From Candidatus Xenobia bacterium (GTDB taxonomy: Bacteria; Vulcanimicrobiota; Xenobia; Xenobiales; QWHO01), in assembly GCA_045863235.1 (NCBI GenBank), contig BTUM01000029.1, positions 1 to 64,000 on the forward strand: DNA of 64,000 bases, given 5' to 3'. Positions within the stretch are counted from its first letter, which is position 1. Each line of letters begins with the position of its first letter. Of this stretch, positions 49,234-58,904 are shown in pieces. The notes below the pieces were generated by a model. The model was given only the letters and a program-made list of their open reading frames with translations, searched no databases and was not told the origin of the DNA. Position numbers and translations under genes: made by a program.

Positions 49234-49611
49234 ATGCGAACGCTGATCCTCATATTCGTGGCTACTGGCTGGCTGGCCGCCGCCGAGACAGGCCCGGGCA
49301 AGACCTACCAGACTTACGCAGCGCTGGTACACAAGTGCGTGTCGCTCAAGGAGCTGTTTCCTTACTTTGACGACGCCCGGCGCAAGGAATTGTCGACTCT
49401 GGAGAAAGACGATCGGGAGATGATGCTGACCATGCTGCGCAGCCTGGCCCCGACCGAGGTGAAGGTGACCTCGGAGAAGGTTCAGGGCGACAGGGCCACC
49501 CTGGTGGCCCTGGGCAAGATCAACGGGAGGCTGGCGGACGGTCAGGTCACCATGGTCAAGCAGCAGGGCACGTGGCGGCTGGCGGGGGAGAGTTGGCAAG
49601 CACGCAAGTAG
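49234..49611 (+). CDS. Small exported protein (NTF2/DUF4878-like)
   Basis: Signal peptide MRTLILIFVATGWLAAA and VTSEKVQGDRATL...MVKQQGTWRL. Confidence 0.6.
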   Translation: MRTLILIFVATGWLAAAETGPGKTYQTYAALVHKCVSLKELFPYFDDARRKELSTLEKDDREMMLTMLRSLAPTEVKVTSEKVQGDRATLVALGKINGRLADGQVTMVKQQGTWRLAGESWQARK

Positions 49612-49612
49612 C

Positions 49613-49641
49613 TTGACCCTTCATGCTTAGTCGACTAGGAT
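49613..49641 (+). promoter_or_regulatory. Sigma70-type promoter with a palindromic operator for the TA operon
   Basis: TTGACC-N17-TAGGAT, with the TAGTCGACTA palindrome at 49628-49637. Confidence 0.65.
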
Positions 49642-49647
49642 GAAGGA

Positions 49648-49872
49648 GTGAGTCGCACGGTGAACATGCACGAAGCCAAGACCCAGCTCTCGCGCCTGGT
49701 TGAGGCCGTGCTTGCAGGTGAGGAGATCATCCTGGCCCGGGCCGGCAAGCCGGTTGTCAAACTGGTGCCGGTCGAGGCCGCCAGCGAGCGACCTCTGGGC
49801 TTTCTCAAAGGCCGGCTGACCGAAGCGTTCTTCGAGCCGCTTCCCGAGGAAGAGCTGAAGGCCTGGGAATAA
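49648..49872 (+). CDS. Phd/YefM-family antitoxin
   Basis: VNMHEAKTQLSRLVEAV...ILARAGKPVVKLVP. Confidence 0.92.
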   Translation: MSRTVNMHEAKTQLSRLVEAVLAGEEIILARAGKPVVKLVPVEAASERPLGFLKGRLTEAFFEPLPEEELKAWE

Positions 49873-50259
49873 TTGCGTCTGCTGCTGGACACGCATTGCT
49901 TGCTCTGGGCGCTGATGACACCCGAGCACCTGTCTGAGCGGGTTCGCAACCTTCTGCGCGACCCCCGGAACGAAGTCCTGGTCTCCGCTGCTTCAGCCTG
50001 GGAAGTCGCCACCAAACACCGACTTGGCAGGCTGCCCGAGGCCGAGTCCGTGGTCGGTGATTACCCGGGAGCGCTCGCGAAGTTGATGGCTCTAGAATTG
50101 CCGGTAAGCTCTTCCCATGCCCTGCTGGCGGGCAGCTTCTCGAACGCCCATCGCGATCCGTTCGACCGGCTGCTGGCCGCCCAGGCGACTCTTGAGCGAG
50201 TCCCGCTGGCCACACTCGATGGAGCCTTTCGAGACTTTCCAGTGCGAGTGCTCTGGTAA
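49873..50259 (+). CDS. vapC: VapC-family PIN-domain toxin
   Basis: RLLLDTH, SAASAWE, HRDPFDRLLAAQ. Confidence 0.92.
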   Translation: MRLLLDTHCLLWALMTPEHLSERVRNLLRDPRNEVLVSAASAWEVATKHRLGRLPEAESVVGDYPGALAKLMALELPVSSSHALLAGSFSNAHRDPFDRLLAAQATLERVPLATLDGAFRDFPVRVLW

Positions 50260-50281
50260 CTCGAGTCCCCAGGGCGCTGCC

Positions 50282-51709
50282 TCAGGTGTGCACCATCCGC
50301 AGAGCCCGCCGGCGCACCAAGTAGGCCGCCCCGGCCACTGCCACGATCAAGAGCAGGTTGTCATACCACTGGCCCAGGTAGCAGCACATCCCCAGCACCA
50401 GTTGCATCAGGCCCACGTAGCCCAGCGCGAAGGAGCCCGCCTGGGCCCGGCTGCGAGCCTGGGTGGAGGCCAGCACGCCCAGGTAGGCGGCCAGGTAGCA
50501 CGAGCCCAGCAGCCAGACATAGGCAGGTACGATGACCAGCGGCGCGGCGCTGCCCAGTTGGAGGGCCACCACAAAGCAGTAGAGCACCATGAAGAGCGAT
50601 TCGCTCACCCGGTAGCGCCAGCCGAAGGAGGCCCAGCCATCCAGGAACTCCTCGGCCTTGATCTGGGTGAGCGCGAGCGACTCCAGCGTGCGCCGCTCGC
50701 GCTCCTCCACCAGCGAGGTGGACACGTTCATCGAGGCCATCAGGGGCTGCAGGATAAAGAGGGCGGGAAAGACATACCAGGCGATCTCGAGCCCCCTCTG
50801 GGGCAGGAAGAGCAAAGCCAGCGCCAACACCAGGAAGAAGAGGCCGTGGTGATAGAACAGCACCGCGGTCACGCCCCCGCCCGAGAGCTTGCGGGCCAGT
50901 CTTGCGCTCTCGCGGATCACGATGGGGTTCTCGTTGTAGGGCCGTTGAAATCGGTTGGTGGAGGGGCGCTTCTGGACTTCGGTCAAAACCGGGGCGGAAT
51001 CTCCGCGCTGGAGCCACTCCAGGGCCAGCTGCCGGCAGGCCATCACGAAGCAGAGCACTCCCAGGGCCATCAGCAGCAGCCCGAAGCTCCCCCCGTTGGC
51101 CAGGCCGTACACGCCCATCAGGATGGAGGTGGCACCCCAGGCCACCCCGACCGGAGAATCCATGTCGATGCGATCGCACACCGCACAGACCAGGAAGACA
51201 TTGCAGGCCACCAGGTTCACGACCAGACAGAGCCCGCACCACAGGACGGGAGCGAGGATCCAATCCGCATCGAAGGCCCCCCCAAACCTGATGTAGGCAA
51301 GCATCTGGCCGAACACGGCCAGGCACAGCCAGGGAGCGCTCTTGAGAGAGCTGACGAAGGAGAAGTGCACGACCGAGTCGATCCAGGCCGAGGAAGTCAT
51401 CCTGGTGGTCAGGATCTCGTCCAGGCTGCGCCCGTAGCGCAGCATGCCGATGATGGACGCATCCTGGTAGGCCGTCAAGAACGGGTAGACCAGGGTGACC
51501 AGCGCTCCCAGCGTGAGCCAGACTCCAGCGCTGTCGGGATAGAGCCGGGCCACCGACCCGACCGCCGCGCTGGCCACCAGCGTGCAAAACAGGGCCCATT
51601 TGCGATAGCGGCGCCGGGCCGGACTGGCCAGCATCAAGGCCAAAGGCGGAGCCTCATAGGGAGCGATCGTCAGTTCTTCGGCCGGGCAAGCCGGATGAGT
51701 CATGCGCAT
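50282..51709 (-). CDS. Polytopic membrane protein, ABC-2 permease-like
   Basis: Many TM helices. EERERRTLESLALT, with a related GRSLDEILTT in the first half. Confidence 0.6.
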   Translation of the reverse strand: MRMTHPACPAEELTIAPYEAPPLALMLASPARRRYRKWALFCTLVASAAVGSVARLYPDSAGVWLTLGALVTLVYPFLTAYQDASIIGMLRYGRSLDEILTTRMTSSAWIDSVVHFSFVSSLKSAPWLCLAVFGQMLAYIRFGGAFDADWILAPVLWCGLCLVVNLVACNVFLVCAVCDRIDMDSPVGVAWGATSILMGVYGLANGGSFGLLLMALGVLCFVMACRQLALEWLQRGDSAPVLTEVQKRPSTNRFQRPYNENPIVIRESARLARKLSGGGVTAVLFYHHGLFFLVLALALLFLPQRGLEIAWYVFPALFILQPLMASMNVSTSLVEERERRTLESLALTQIKAEEFLDGWASFGWRYRVSESLFMVLYCFVVALQLGSAAPLVIVPAYVWLLGSCYLAAYLGVLASTQARSRAQAGSFALGYVGLMQLVLGMCCYLGQWYDNLLLIVAVAGAAYLVRRRALRMVHT

Positions 51710-51925
51710 CCTCCTCGGCTGTCTGTGCGGGAAAATTCGACAGCCTGGAAGCGGGGCCTTCTAGGTAGCGTCAGTTCTCCTCAGCAAGAAGACAGGTCAT
51801 GCCAACGGGAACAAAATGCAGGTCGAGCTTCCCGGTGGCAGCATTCTACCGGTAGCCCGCTGGTAGACATGTGCCTGTTGCCGCAGGCCGGTTCGAGGTA
51901 TTCTGAGTTCAGAAAGATTCAGTTT

Positions 51926-51963
51926 GAGGCCCGACGGGTGACCCCCCCCGACCGTCGGGCTTC
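51926..51963 (-). terminator. Hairpin after the gdh operon
   Basis: GAGGCCCGACGG...CCGTCGGGCTTC inverted repeat, 16 nt beyond the stop at 51980. Confidence 0.6.
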
Positions 51964-51979
51964 AATATTTTCAACGTTC

Positions 51980-52681
51980 TCAGGCCGCTTCCGCCGGCTG
52001 TCCGAGTTGCAGCATCTCATAGCGGCGCACGAACTTCGGCGGCATGCGCGTGGTGACCAGATCTGCCCCCCGTCGCGGCTCGGTCAGCTGCTGCAATCCC
52101 TTCGAGCTCATATCGACGGCATCGTGGCCGATCTCGCCCATCTCGCCGGCGGCGGCCAGGAAGACCCCCACGCGGCTGACCCGCTGGCGCTCCACCGCGC
52201 CGCACTGGCCGCACTCTTGCTTGTCGGGACCTTTGGCCAGACCGCAGTCGGCGCACATGTTGATGCGCTCGAGCAGGCTGACGTTGTGCACCTGGTGCAC
52301 GGGAGAAACCTGGATGGCGTCGGCCGGCGGCTTGAGCTGAAACTCGGGCGGCGGGGTCCAGAGCACATTGCCGACGTGATAGGAGCCCCGCGGTCCGCTG
52401 ACCCGCTTTTCCTTGATCTCGGGCAGCTCCTCGTCGAGGTCCTCCAAGTTGTCGGACATGTCCAGCGCCCGCATGAGGCGCTGGCGATAGGCCTGCAGCT
52501 CATCGGGCGAGAGGTCTGCTCCGAACAGCAGCTTGGAAAGATTTTCCTGGGCCACCCGGGCCCGCTCGACCGACTGGACGCCGGCCAGTGGCGACATGCG
52601 CCGGAAAGCCATCGGGGAAGCCGACGAGCCTCCCCACAGGTTCAGGGAGACCCGGACGTTCAGCTCGGGAATAGCGTCCAT
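51980..52681 (-). CDS. Hypothetical protein with a zinc ribbon
   Basis: CADCG...CGQCG. Start overlaps the upstream stop. Confidence 0.6.
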   Translation of the reverse strand: MDAIPELNVRVSLNLWGGSSASPMAFRRMSPLAGVQSVERARVAQENLSKLLFGADLSPDELQAYRQRLMRALDMSDNLEDLDEELPEIKEKRVSGPRGSYHVGNVLWTPPPEFQLKPPADAIQVSPVHQVHNVSLLERINMCADCGLAKGPDKQECGQCGAVERQRVSRVGVFLAAAGEMGEIGHDAVDMSSKGLQQLTEPRRGADLVTTRMPPKFVRRYEMLQLGQPAEAA

Positions 52682-53046
52682 CAGTAGCTCGCCCTCACTT
52701 CCTCATCCAGAATCTGGCGCGTTTCGCTGGCCCGCTGGCGCACCAATCGGAGCGTGTCGCAGGCCTCCTGGATGCACTCGAGTGCTTTTTCGGCCAGACC
52801 GGGGTCGCCTTCCTGGTTGCTGCGCATGATCAGCTCGGCTGCCTCGCCATAGAGGTTGGCCGCCTCGCGGGTGGCTTCGTCCAGGCTCTCCAGCCCCTCG
52901 GGGGCGGGATTGTCCTCCAGCTGCTGGTAGACCTTCTCCAGCTTCTCGGCCACCCGCAAGCCCACCAGGGCCAGGTCGTGGGGGTCGAACTCCTGACCGT
53001 CGCGCAACCCCCGGGCCACATCGCCTAGGTAGTCGGTCAGGTTCAT
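52681..53046 (-). CDS. Helical hypothetical protein
   Basis: MNLTDYLGDV..., ATGA-coupled to the upstream gene. Confidence 0.65.
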   Translation of the reverse strand: MNLTDYLGDVARGLRDGQEFDPHDLALVGLRVAEKLEKVYQQLEDNPAPEGLESLDEATREAANLYGEAAELIMRSNQEGDPGLAEKALECIQEACDTLRLVRQRASETRQILDEEVRASY

Positions 53047-53438
53047 GAGGGGGTCTCGTAGGCTTCGATGGCATATTCGAGCACGACCTGATCCTCCAGA
53101 TAGACTTTGACCGGGTAGAATCCGGCGACGGGGAAGCTGAAGCCCTGCAGGAACCAGATGGACTGGTCCAGCGCGCGCGGGCTCTCGAGCTTGAAGGGCC
53201 GCTGGCCGGTGTCGAGCAGTGTCGTCTGGCCATCGGGAGCGGTGATCACCACCCGCTGCTTGAACTCGCCCTCGCCATCGCACCAGGCGTTGACCAGGAA
53301 GAACCCGGCGTCGGCCGGGAAGCGGTAGGGGAACGAGGCCAGCGGCAGGCGGTAGAAGACATAGTTGAAGCTGGGGGGGCCGTGGCGCTCGTCCACCCCC
53401 AGACAGGTCAGCGAATACTGCAGGCTGGGCTTTTTCAT
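53043..53438 (-). CDS. DUF6941-like hypothetical protein
   Basis: FPYRFP...W..GEGEF...I.APDG...F.FP..G.Y beta-sandwich pattern. ATGA-coupled to gdh. Confidence 0.6.
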   Translation of the reverse strand: MKKPSLQYSLTCLGVDERHGPPSFNYVFYRLPLASFPYRFPADAGFFLVNAWCDGEGEFKQRVVITAPDGQTTLLDTGQRPFKLESPRALDQSIWFLQGFSFPVAGFYPVKVYLEDQVVLEYAIEAYETPS

Positions 53439-56400
53439 GCCAGCGCCTGGGCCATCTGGCTCAACTGGCGGGCCAGCACCCCGCAGGAAGCCAGCGACAA
53501 TGCATTGGATTCACGGATCTCGGTGAGGGCCATCTCGTAGCGCCGCACCCGCTCGCCCAGGCTGGCCAGGAACTCGTCCGGGCTGCCGTGCTTGAGGCTG
53601 CCCAGGGCCAGCTTCAGCTGCAGCTGGCGAAGATCCATGATCAGACCCTCCAGTGCGATGGTCTCCCACTTGTTGTGGCCCGTCAGGCGAGCCAGGCGGA
53701 TGCGCAGCCAGCCCAGCGCCAGGCGATCACCCAGAGCGTAGTAGTGCTGGGCCGCGCGGGGGATGTCCACCTGGGCCATCCGGCCTGCATCCACCACCCC
53801 CAACCCGCTGGGCAGATAAGCCAGAGTGGCGATGTGGCGGGCCAGCTCGCTGGGGAAACCGTGAGCTTCGAACTCCTTCTGGCGTGCGCTGAACAGCTCT
53901 TGCTCCTTGGCCGGCAAGAGGTCCGGGAAGCGCTGGCGGATGTCCAGCAGGGGCTCTCGGTAATCGCGCACGAACTCGCTCACGGTTCCTCGCATCCCAT
54001 GGATGAGCAGCATCTGGTTGACCACGCTCTCGACCGTCTCGAGCACGCTCCAGAGCGCATCATACTGGGCGGCCGCCGGCACCTGGTTGTCAAGTCCGAA
54101 GATCTCGGTGATGAGCGGCTCGAGGTTGAGAATCTCCAGCGCCATCAGGGCCGCCCGAACCACCGCCACGGGAGTCGCGCCGGTGTTTCGGATGGTGCGA
54201 TGGACAAAGGTGATGCCCAGAATGTCCACCACCCGATTGGTGAACTGGGTGGCGATGATCTCGCGCCGCAGCTGGTGATTCTTGATCTCTTCCGGGAAGC
54301 GCTCGCGCAAGAGGGTGGGGAAGTAGTGGGTCAGGTAGTGCTGGAAGTGCGGCTCCTCGGGGAAATCGGTCTCCAGGAGGCGCCGGAACAGCCCCATCTT
54401 GGTGTAGGCCAGCACGATGGCCAGCTCGGGGCGTGTCAGGCCCTCGCCGTTCCGCTCGCGCTCGGCGATGGCCTTGAGGTCGGGCAGGAACTCCACCTCG
54501 CGCTTGAGCCCGCCCCGCTCCTCGAGGTAGTCGATGAGGGTCGAAAAGAGCGCCATGTCTTGCCTGGAGCGTCGCTCGGCCAGGCTCAGAGCCATCGACT
54601 GGCAGTAGTTGTCCAGCAGGACCAGCGCGTTGACCTCGTTGGTCATCTCCTCGAGAATCTTGTTGCGCTCTTCCAGGGTCAGCTTGCCCGAGGACAGCAA
54701 CGGCTGGAAGAGGATCTTGATGTTGACCTCGTGGTCGGACATGTCCACGCCGGCCGAGTTGTCGATCGCGTCGGTGTTGACCCGACCGCCCAGGCGAGCG
54801 TACTCGATGCGGGCCAGTTGGGTCATGCCGTTGTTGCCGCCCTCGCCGAGCACCTTGCAGTTCAGCTCATGGGCGTTGATGCGCACCTGGTCGTTGTTGG
54901 AGTCGCCCACCTCGGCGTTGCGCTCGCTGGTGGCCTTGACGTAGGTGCCGATCCCTCCGTTCCAGAGCAGGTCGACCGGCGCCCGCAGGATGGCCTTCAC
55001 CAGGTCGTCCCCGCTCAGCTTCTCGGCCTCGATGCCCAGGGCCTTGCGCACCTCGGGGGTGAGGCTGATGGACTTGGCATGGCGCGGGTGCACTCCGCCC
55101 CCGGCACTGATCAGGCTCTTGTCGTAATCGTCCCAGGTCGAGCGCGGCAGGTTGAACATGCGCACCCGCTCGGCGTAGCTCTTGTCAGGGTCGGGATCGG
55201 GGTCGAGGAAGATGTGCAGGTGATTGAAGGCCGCCAGCAGTTTGATCTTGTCCGAGTAGATCAGGCCGTTTCCGAACACGTCCCCGGACAGGTCGCCGAT
55301 ACCTGCCACCGTGAAGGGCACGTCGAGGTTGATTCCGATCTCGCGGAAGTGGCGCTTGACGCATTCCCAGGCTCCCCGGGCGGTGATGCCTTCCTTCTTG
55401 TGATCATAGCCGTAGGATCCGCCCGAGGCAAAGGCGTCCCCGAGCCAGAAACCGTACTCGGCCGCCACCGAGTTGGCCGTGTCCGAGAAGGTCGCGGTGC
55501 CCTTGTCGGCGGCCACCACCAGGTAGGGATCGTTGTCGTCGTAAATCACCAGGTCCTTGGGATGGACGATCTGCCCCTCCACGATGTTGTCGGTCAGGTC
55601 GAGCAGGCCGCGAATGAATGTCTTGTAGCGCTCCACCACGTAGGCGCGCAGCTCGTCGCGGTCTGAGGGAGGATTCTTGAGCAAAAATCCGCCCTTGGAG
55701 CCGACCGGGACGATGACCGCGTTCTTGGTCATCTGGGTCTTCATCAGGCCCAGCACCTCGGTGCGGAAGTCGGGCCGATCGCTCCAGCGCAGGCCGCCGC
55801 GCGCCACCTTGCCGCCGCGCAGATGGATGCCTTCCACGCCCGGGCCGGCCACCACGATCTCGTAGAGCGGGCGAGGCTCGGGCATATGATCCACGGCTTG
55901 AGAGCTGATCTTCAGGCTGATCCGGTCGTGGCCCAGGAAAAAGCTGGCCCTCAGCGTGGACTCGACCAGATTGAGCAAAGATCTGAGGGTGCGATCCTCC
56001 GGCAGGCTGGTGACCCTGTTGAGCGCCTCCAGGAAGCGCTCCTTGACGGCATGACACTCGCTTCCGCGCGCTTCCACGCCCGGCTTGAAGCGGGCCTCGA
56101 AGAACTCATAGAGCAGACGGGCGCAGTCGGGGTGGTTCAAAAGCGTGTCGTTGATGAAGCGACGGCTGGTGGAGTCGATCTGGGAGAGATAAAGCTGATA
56201 GACTCGCAGCAGGGAAACCTGACGCACGCTCAGGCTGGCCGTCAGGATGAGTCCGTTGAGTCGGTCGTCCACCGCCCGGCCGTCGAGCAGGGCCACCATG
56301 GCCTCGCAGAGGAGGCAATCCGCCGCCTCGGGCAGAGGCTTGCGGTCGCGATTCAAGACGCGATAGACGTCCACCCCGCAGGCCGGCCGCTCCTTGACCT

Positions 56401-58156
56401 GGACGGCAAAGGAGAGTTGCTCGAGCACCACCAGGCCCAGGTTCTCCAGGAAGGGCATGGTGTCGCTCAGCGTCAGGTTGTTGCGGCGATGGTAGATCTT
56501 CAGCCAGCTGACCTCGGCATCGGAATGCAGGCCAACGAGGTAATCGCGATCCTCGAAAGCCTCCATCTGAGCCACGTCCTGGGCCGCCATGGCGGGCGTG
56601 TTGCAGGCCTTGTAGGCCTCGTTGAAGGCTCCCCGGTAGCGATCGGACAGCTTTTCGCCGGGACCCTCGCCAAACTGGTCCTTGATGTGCTCCTCGAGCA
56701 GGTCCTCCCAGGAGCGCGTGAGCGTGGCCACATCCGTCTCCAGGGCCTTCAGGTCGGTATCCTCGACTCCAAACTCGGTGGTCAGGAAGAAGTGAAAGCG
56801 AACCTGGGACATGTCCTCGCCGATCGAGAGCTGGTAGTCCACCTGGCGGGCCTTGAAGCGCTCCTGCAAGAGCTCTTGAATCTTGAGACGCACCCCGGCG
56901 TTGAAGCGCTCTCGGGGCATGATGACCATCACCAGAACTCCCCGAGCCAGCGGATCGCGGCGCACGGTGAGGCGCACTCGATTCTCCGCCTCCATCTGCA
57001 TGATGGCGCGGATCTCCCTGAGCAGTTGCTCGGGCTCGCCCCAGAACAGCTCTTCACGAGGCAGGGAGTTGAAGATGCTGACGATCTGCTTGAAGTCGTG
57101 CGAGCCCTCCGGGCTGCCGTCGAGCTCGAGCACCCGGGCCATCTTGAGGCGCAGAATGGGAATATCCTTGCAGGGCGTGGAGAGAGCGCTGGAGGTGAAC
57201 AGCCCGAGCAGCCTCAATTCGCCCCCTTCCGAGCGCTTGACCCCCACGTAGTCCATGCGCACCGGGCGATGGACCGTGGCTTCGGCGTTGGACTTGGTCA
57301 CCACCATCATGGGACCCTGGGTGATCCGCTGGCGCAGGTTCTCGGGCAGGTCGGCAAGCGGGACCGGTTCCTGGTAACTGGACGTTTTGGCCGTGCCGCG
57401 CAGGATGCCCAGACTGGAGCCCTTGTCCATACTGAGCTTGTCATCCTTGATGGTGTACTCGCGATAGCCCAGGAAGACGAAGTTTCCCTCGCCCAGCCAT
57501 TTGAGGAACTCGGCATACTCGCGCACCTCCAGGGCGCGCTCGGCACTGAGCGAGGCATCCTGGCTGTAGCGGGTGATGTAGTCAGCCATCCCCTCGGCTT
57601 TCTGACGCAGTGCCGTATAATCGTCGGTGGCCAGCACCACGTCGGCCAGCACCCGGCTGACCGCCTCGGTGAGCTCGCTCGCCTCGGCCGGCTCCAGGGG
57701 GTCTTCCATCAGATAGAGCTGGTAAGACTCCTGCGAAGGCTTGCCGGAGCCGCCCGAGCGCACCACCTTGCCCTTGTCGTCGCGATGGATCTGCAAGATG
57801 GGGTGCAGGTTATGGGAGACCTCGCGACCGTGGCGACGCAACTCGGCCCGCACCGAGTCGACCAGGAAGGGACGGTCGGCAAGATGGATCTCCATGACCG
57901 ACCCGGGCCAGCTCCAGCCGTGCTCCTTGAGCTCGGGCTGGTAAACGCGTACCTTCACCTGCTCGGGGGGGCCCTGCTCGATGAGCTTCAGGGCCCCCAT
58001 GGTTACGGCCAGCAAGCCATCAGGCTCGAACCGCTCCAAGAACTCGGGGTAGGCTTTGTCGAACAGGACCTCGCTGAAGCTGCGAATGAACGCGGCCTCC
58101 TCTCCGGTCACCTGCTCGAGGATGTAGGACTTGAGTTCGGCAAGGCTGGCCGCCAT
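53435..58156 (-). CDS. gdhB: Large NAD-specific glutamate dehydrogenase
   Basis: GIHLRGGKVARGGLRWSDR, KNAVIVPVGSKGGF, YLVVAADKGTATFSD, GIGDLSGDVFGNG, NTDAIDNSAGVDMSDHEVNIKI. Confidence 0.96.
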   Translation of the reverse strand: MAASLAELKSYILEQVTGEEAAFIRSFSEVLFDKAYPEFLERFEPDGLLAVTMGALKLIEQGPPEQVKVRVYQPELKEHGWSWPGSVMEIHLADRPFLVDSVRAELRRHGREVSHNLHPILQIHRDDKGKVVRSGGSGKPSQESYQLYLMEDPLEPAEASELTEAVSRVLADVVLATDDYTALRQKAEGMADYITRYSQDASLSAERALEVREYAEFLKWLGEGNFVFLGYREYTIKDDKLSMDKGSSLGILRGTAKTSSYQEPVPLADLPENLRQRITQGPMMVVTKSNAEATVHRPVRMDYVGVKRSEGGELRLLGLFTSSALSTPCKDIPILRLKMARVLELDGSPEGSHDFKQIVSIFNSLPREELFWGEPEQLLREIRAIMQMEAENRVRLTVRRDPLARGVLVMVIMPRERFNAGVRLKIQELLQERFKARQVDYQLSIGEDMSQVRFHFFLTTEFGVEDTDLKALETDVATLTRSWEDLLEEHIKDQFGEGPGEKLSDRYRGAFNEAYKACNTPAMAAQDVAQMEAFEDRDYLVGLHSDAEVSWLKIYHRRNNLTLSDTMPFLENLGLVVLEQLSFAVQVKERPACGVDVYRVLNRDRKPLPEAADCLLCEAMVALLDGRAVDDRLNGLILTASLSVRQVSLLRVYQLYLSQIDSTSRRFINDTLLNHPDCARLLYEFFEARFKPGVEARGSECHAVKERFLEALNRVTSLPEDRTLRSLLNLVESTLRASFFLGHDRISLKISSQAVDHMPEPRPLYEIVVAGPGVEGIHLRGGKVARGGLRWSDRPDFRTEVLGLMKTQMTKNAVIVPVGSKGGFLLKNPPSDRDELRAYVVERYKTFIRGLLDLTDNIVEGQIVHPKDLVIYDDNDPYLVVAADKGTATFSDTANSVAAEYGFWLGDAFASGGSYGYDHKKEGITARGAWECVKRHFREIGINLDVPFTVAGIGDLSGDVFGNGLIYSDKIKLLAAFNHLHIFLDPDPDPDKSYAERVRMFNLPRSTWDDYDKSLISAGGGVHPRHAKSISLTPEVRKALGIEAEKLSGDDLVKAILRAPVDLLWNGGIGTYVKATSERNAEVGDSNNDQVRINAHELNCKVLGEGGNNGMTQLARIEYARLGGRVNTDAIDNSAGVDMSDHEVNIKILFQPLLSSGKLTLEERNKILEEMTNEVNALVLLDNYCQSMALSLAERRSRQDMALFSTLIDYLEERGGLKREVEFLPDLKAIAERERNGEGLTRPELAIVLAYTKMGLFRRLLETDFPEEPHFQHYLTHYFPTLLRERFPEEIKNHQLRREIIATQFTNRVVDILGITFVHRTIRNTGATPVAVVRAALMALEILNLEPLITEIFGLDNQVPAAAQYDALWSVLETVESVVNQMLLIHGMRGTVSEFVRDYREPLLDIRQRFPDLLPAKEQELFSARQKEFEAHGFPSELARHIATLAYLPSGLGVVDAGRMAQVDIPRAAQHYYALGDRLALGWLRIRLARLTGHNKWETIALEGLIMDLRQLQLKLALGSLKHGSPDEFLASLGERVRRYEMALTEIRESNALSLASCGVLARQLSQMAQALA

Positions 58157-58280
58157 GAGTGTTCCTCCGGGTGAAAGTCCAGCGGTCCTTCTACGCGCCC
58201 CATCGGGGGCCTTCTGCGGAGCTTGCCCGGGATGATTCCCGTCATTTTTCGCGTCGGGCAATCCCTGGTATCCTTTTGTC

Positions 58281-58745
58281 GTGAGCCATCTTGGAATGCT
58301 ATTGCTTGCGGCCCTGTTCCTGGCGCCTCCCCTGTTGGCCCTGGGAAATCTTGCTCGCTGGGTTTTCCGCCGCGAAAAGCTCTATCTGTTGAGGGGCCTG
58401 GCCTGGCTGACATTCTTTCTGCTTTGCTGCCTTCCGTTGGGCCTGATGCTCCGGGCATTCTGGCTGGCACGCCTAGAATCCAGGACAAAAGCCTGTCAAG
58501 CCAACCTCGAGCGTTTCCGTACCGCCGTGGAGTTCTACGCTGCCGATCACGAGGGGCGTGCCCCGCAGCGACTCAATCAACTGGTTCCCGACTACCTCAA
58601 GCTCATTCCCGACTGCCCTCTGGGAGAGACGGCCAGCTATCACCTGGTCGTCAACCGGCAGAAGATGCCGGAACGGTACACCTTGTTCTGCGCAGGACGC
58701 CATCGCGTGCAACCCCTCCTCGGCCCGAGTCCGCAGACCCGCTAA
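58281..58745 (+). CDS. Membrane protein with a pseudopilin/GspG-like C-terminal domain
   Basis: Two TM helices then CQANLERFRTAVEFYAADHEGRAP..L.QLVPDYLKLIPDCP. No prepilin G-F-x-x-x-E site. Confidence 0.6.
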   Translation: MSHLGMLLLAALFLAPPLLALGNLARWVFRREKLYLLRGLAWLTFFLLCCLPLGLMLRAFWLARLESRTKACQANLERFRTAVEFYAADHEGRAPQRLNQLVPDYLKLIPDCPLGETASYHLVVNRQKMPERYTLFCAGRHRVQPLLGPSPQTR

Positions 58746-58848
58746 GGCGCCGCGCGGTGAAAACTTCAGGATGGCGCGGCGCCGTTCAACAGATTGTCTA
58801 CACTCCCGCGCGTTCCAATTCTGAACAGGTCAACGCGCGGGAGTGTAG
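58746..58848. repeat. Two adjacent inverted repeats (10-bp arms/18-nt loop and 17-bp arms/17-nt loop)
   Basis: GGCGCCGCGC(58746)...GCGCGGCGCC(58774) and CTACACTCCCGCGCGTT(58798)...AACGCGCGGGAGTGTAG(58832). Confidence 0.8.
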
Positions 58849-58904
58849 CAACGCAGGGAGGACTCGGAAGGAGAGAGAATCCACCTCAGGGGAGGATTGA
58901 GCCT

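Noticed and set aside
51901..51922. TTCAG-N5-TTCAG as another regulon box
   Set aside because: 10-bp rather than 11-bp period, no -10 at the expected distance and no downstream plus-strand gene.
58743..58850. Integron attC site
   Set aside because: No RYYYAAC...GTTRRRY ends and no integrase in the window.
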